From the NCBI RefSeq assembly GCF_006345805.1, contig NC_043000.1, positions 124,434,001-124,498,000 of the forward strand: a stretch of 64,000 bases of DNA. Direction: 5' to 3'. Source of the DNA: Octopus sinensis. Its lineage: Eukaryota. The stretch's first letter is position 1; each line of letters opens with the position of its first letter. The notes beneath the pieces were generated by a model. That model did not search any database, was not told the origin of the DNA, and saw only the letters and a list, made by a program, of their open reading frames with translations. A program made the translations under genes and the position numbers. Shown here one piece after another: positions 63,831 through 64,000 of this stretch.

Positions 63831-64000
63831 AGGTTTTCAGGTATGGAGGTTTACTTTTGGTTACCCTCTCTCTCTTTTACTCTGTTACTTGTTTCAGTCA
63901 TTTGACTGCGGCCATGCTAGAGCATTAGTGGGACAAAAATGAAGTATGTCTTAGTGAATTCTCTCCTAATCAATTCTGCTAAAACAATTTCTGTTGCTTT

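Noticed and set aside
619-63942. Recurrent 60-140 aa ORFs such as YQIHSQGFGRPEAIVEDTCP
   Set aside because: Translations of SINE and RTE-tail copies, not genes.

Overview
Eukaryotic, AT-rich, repeat-dense DNA, most likely from an Octopus/coleoid cephalopod genome. The organism call rests on recognising its SINE, RTE and microsatellite repertoire and is not database-checked. Two spliced genes are present. On the minus strand is a sortilin (SORT1-like, VPS10 domain) gene: 16 exons from 35849 to 452, all GT-AG, phases chaining into one open frame of about 618 codons. On the plus strand is a LACTB2-like metallo-beta-lactamase gene: its last 4 coding exons (39253-49728) plus a poly(A) signal. The 5' exons of both genes are missing and both point into a 100-N gap (37969-38068), suggesting a head-to-head pair. 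The rest is transposon-derived: a near-intact RTE LINE with an internal PHD-type finger, many truncated RTE tails, three tRNA-like SINE families, piggyBac, Tc1/mariner, Helitron-like and MITE elements, a CR1 fragment and a ~610-bp tandem triplication. The most striking non-coding structure is a perfect 138-bp palindrome in a SORT1 intron that encodes a complete type I hammerhead ribozyme fold on each strand. A second, degenerate hammerhead, a relic exon duplication and a pre-miRNA-sized hairpin were also noted. All alignments and folds were done by eye.
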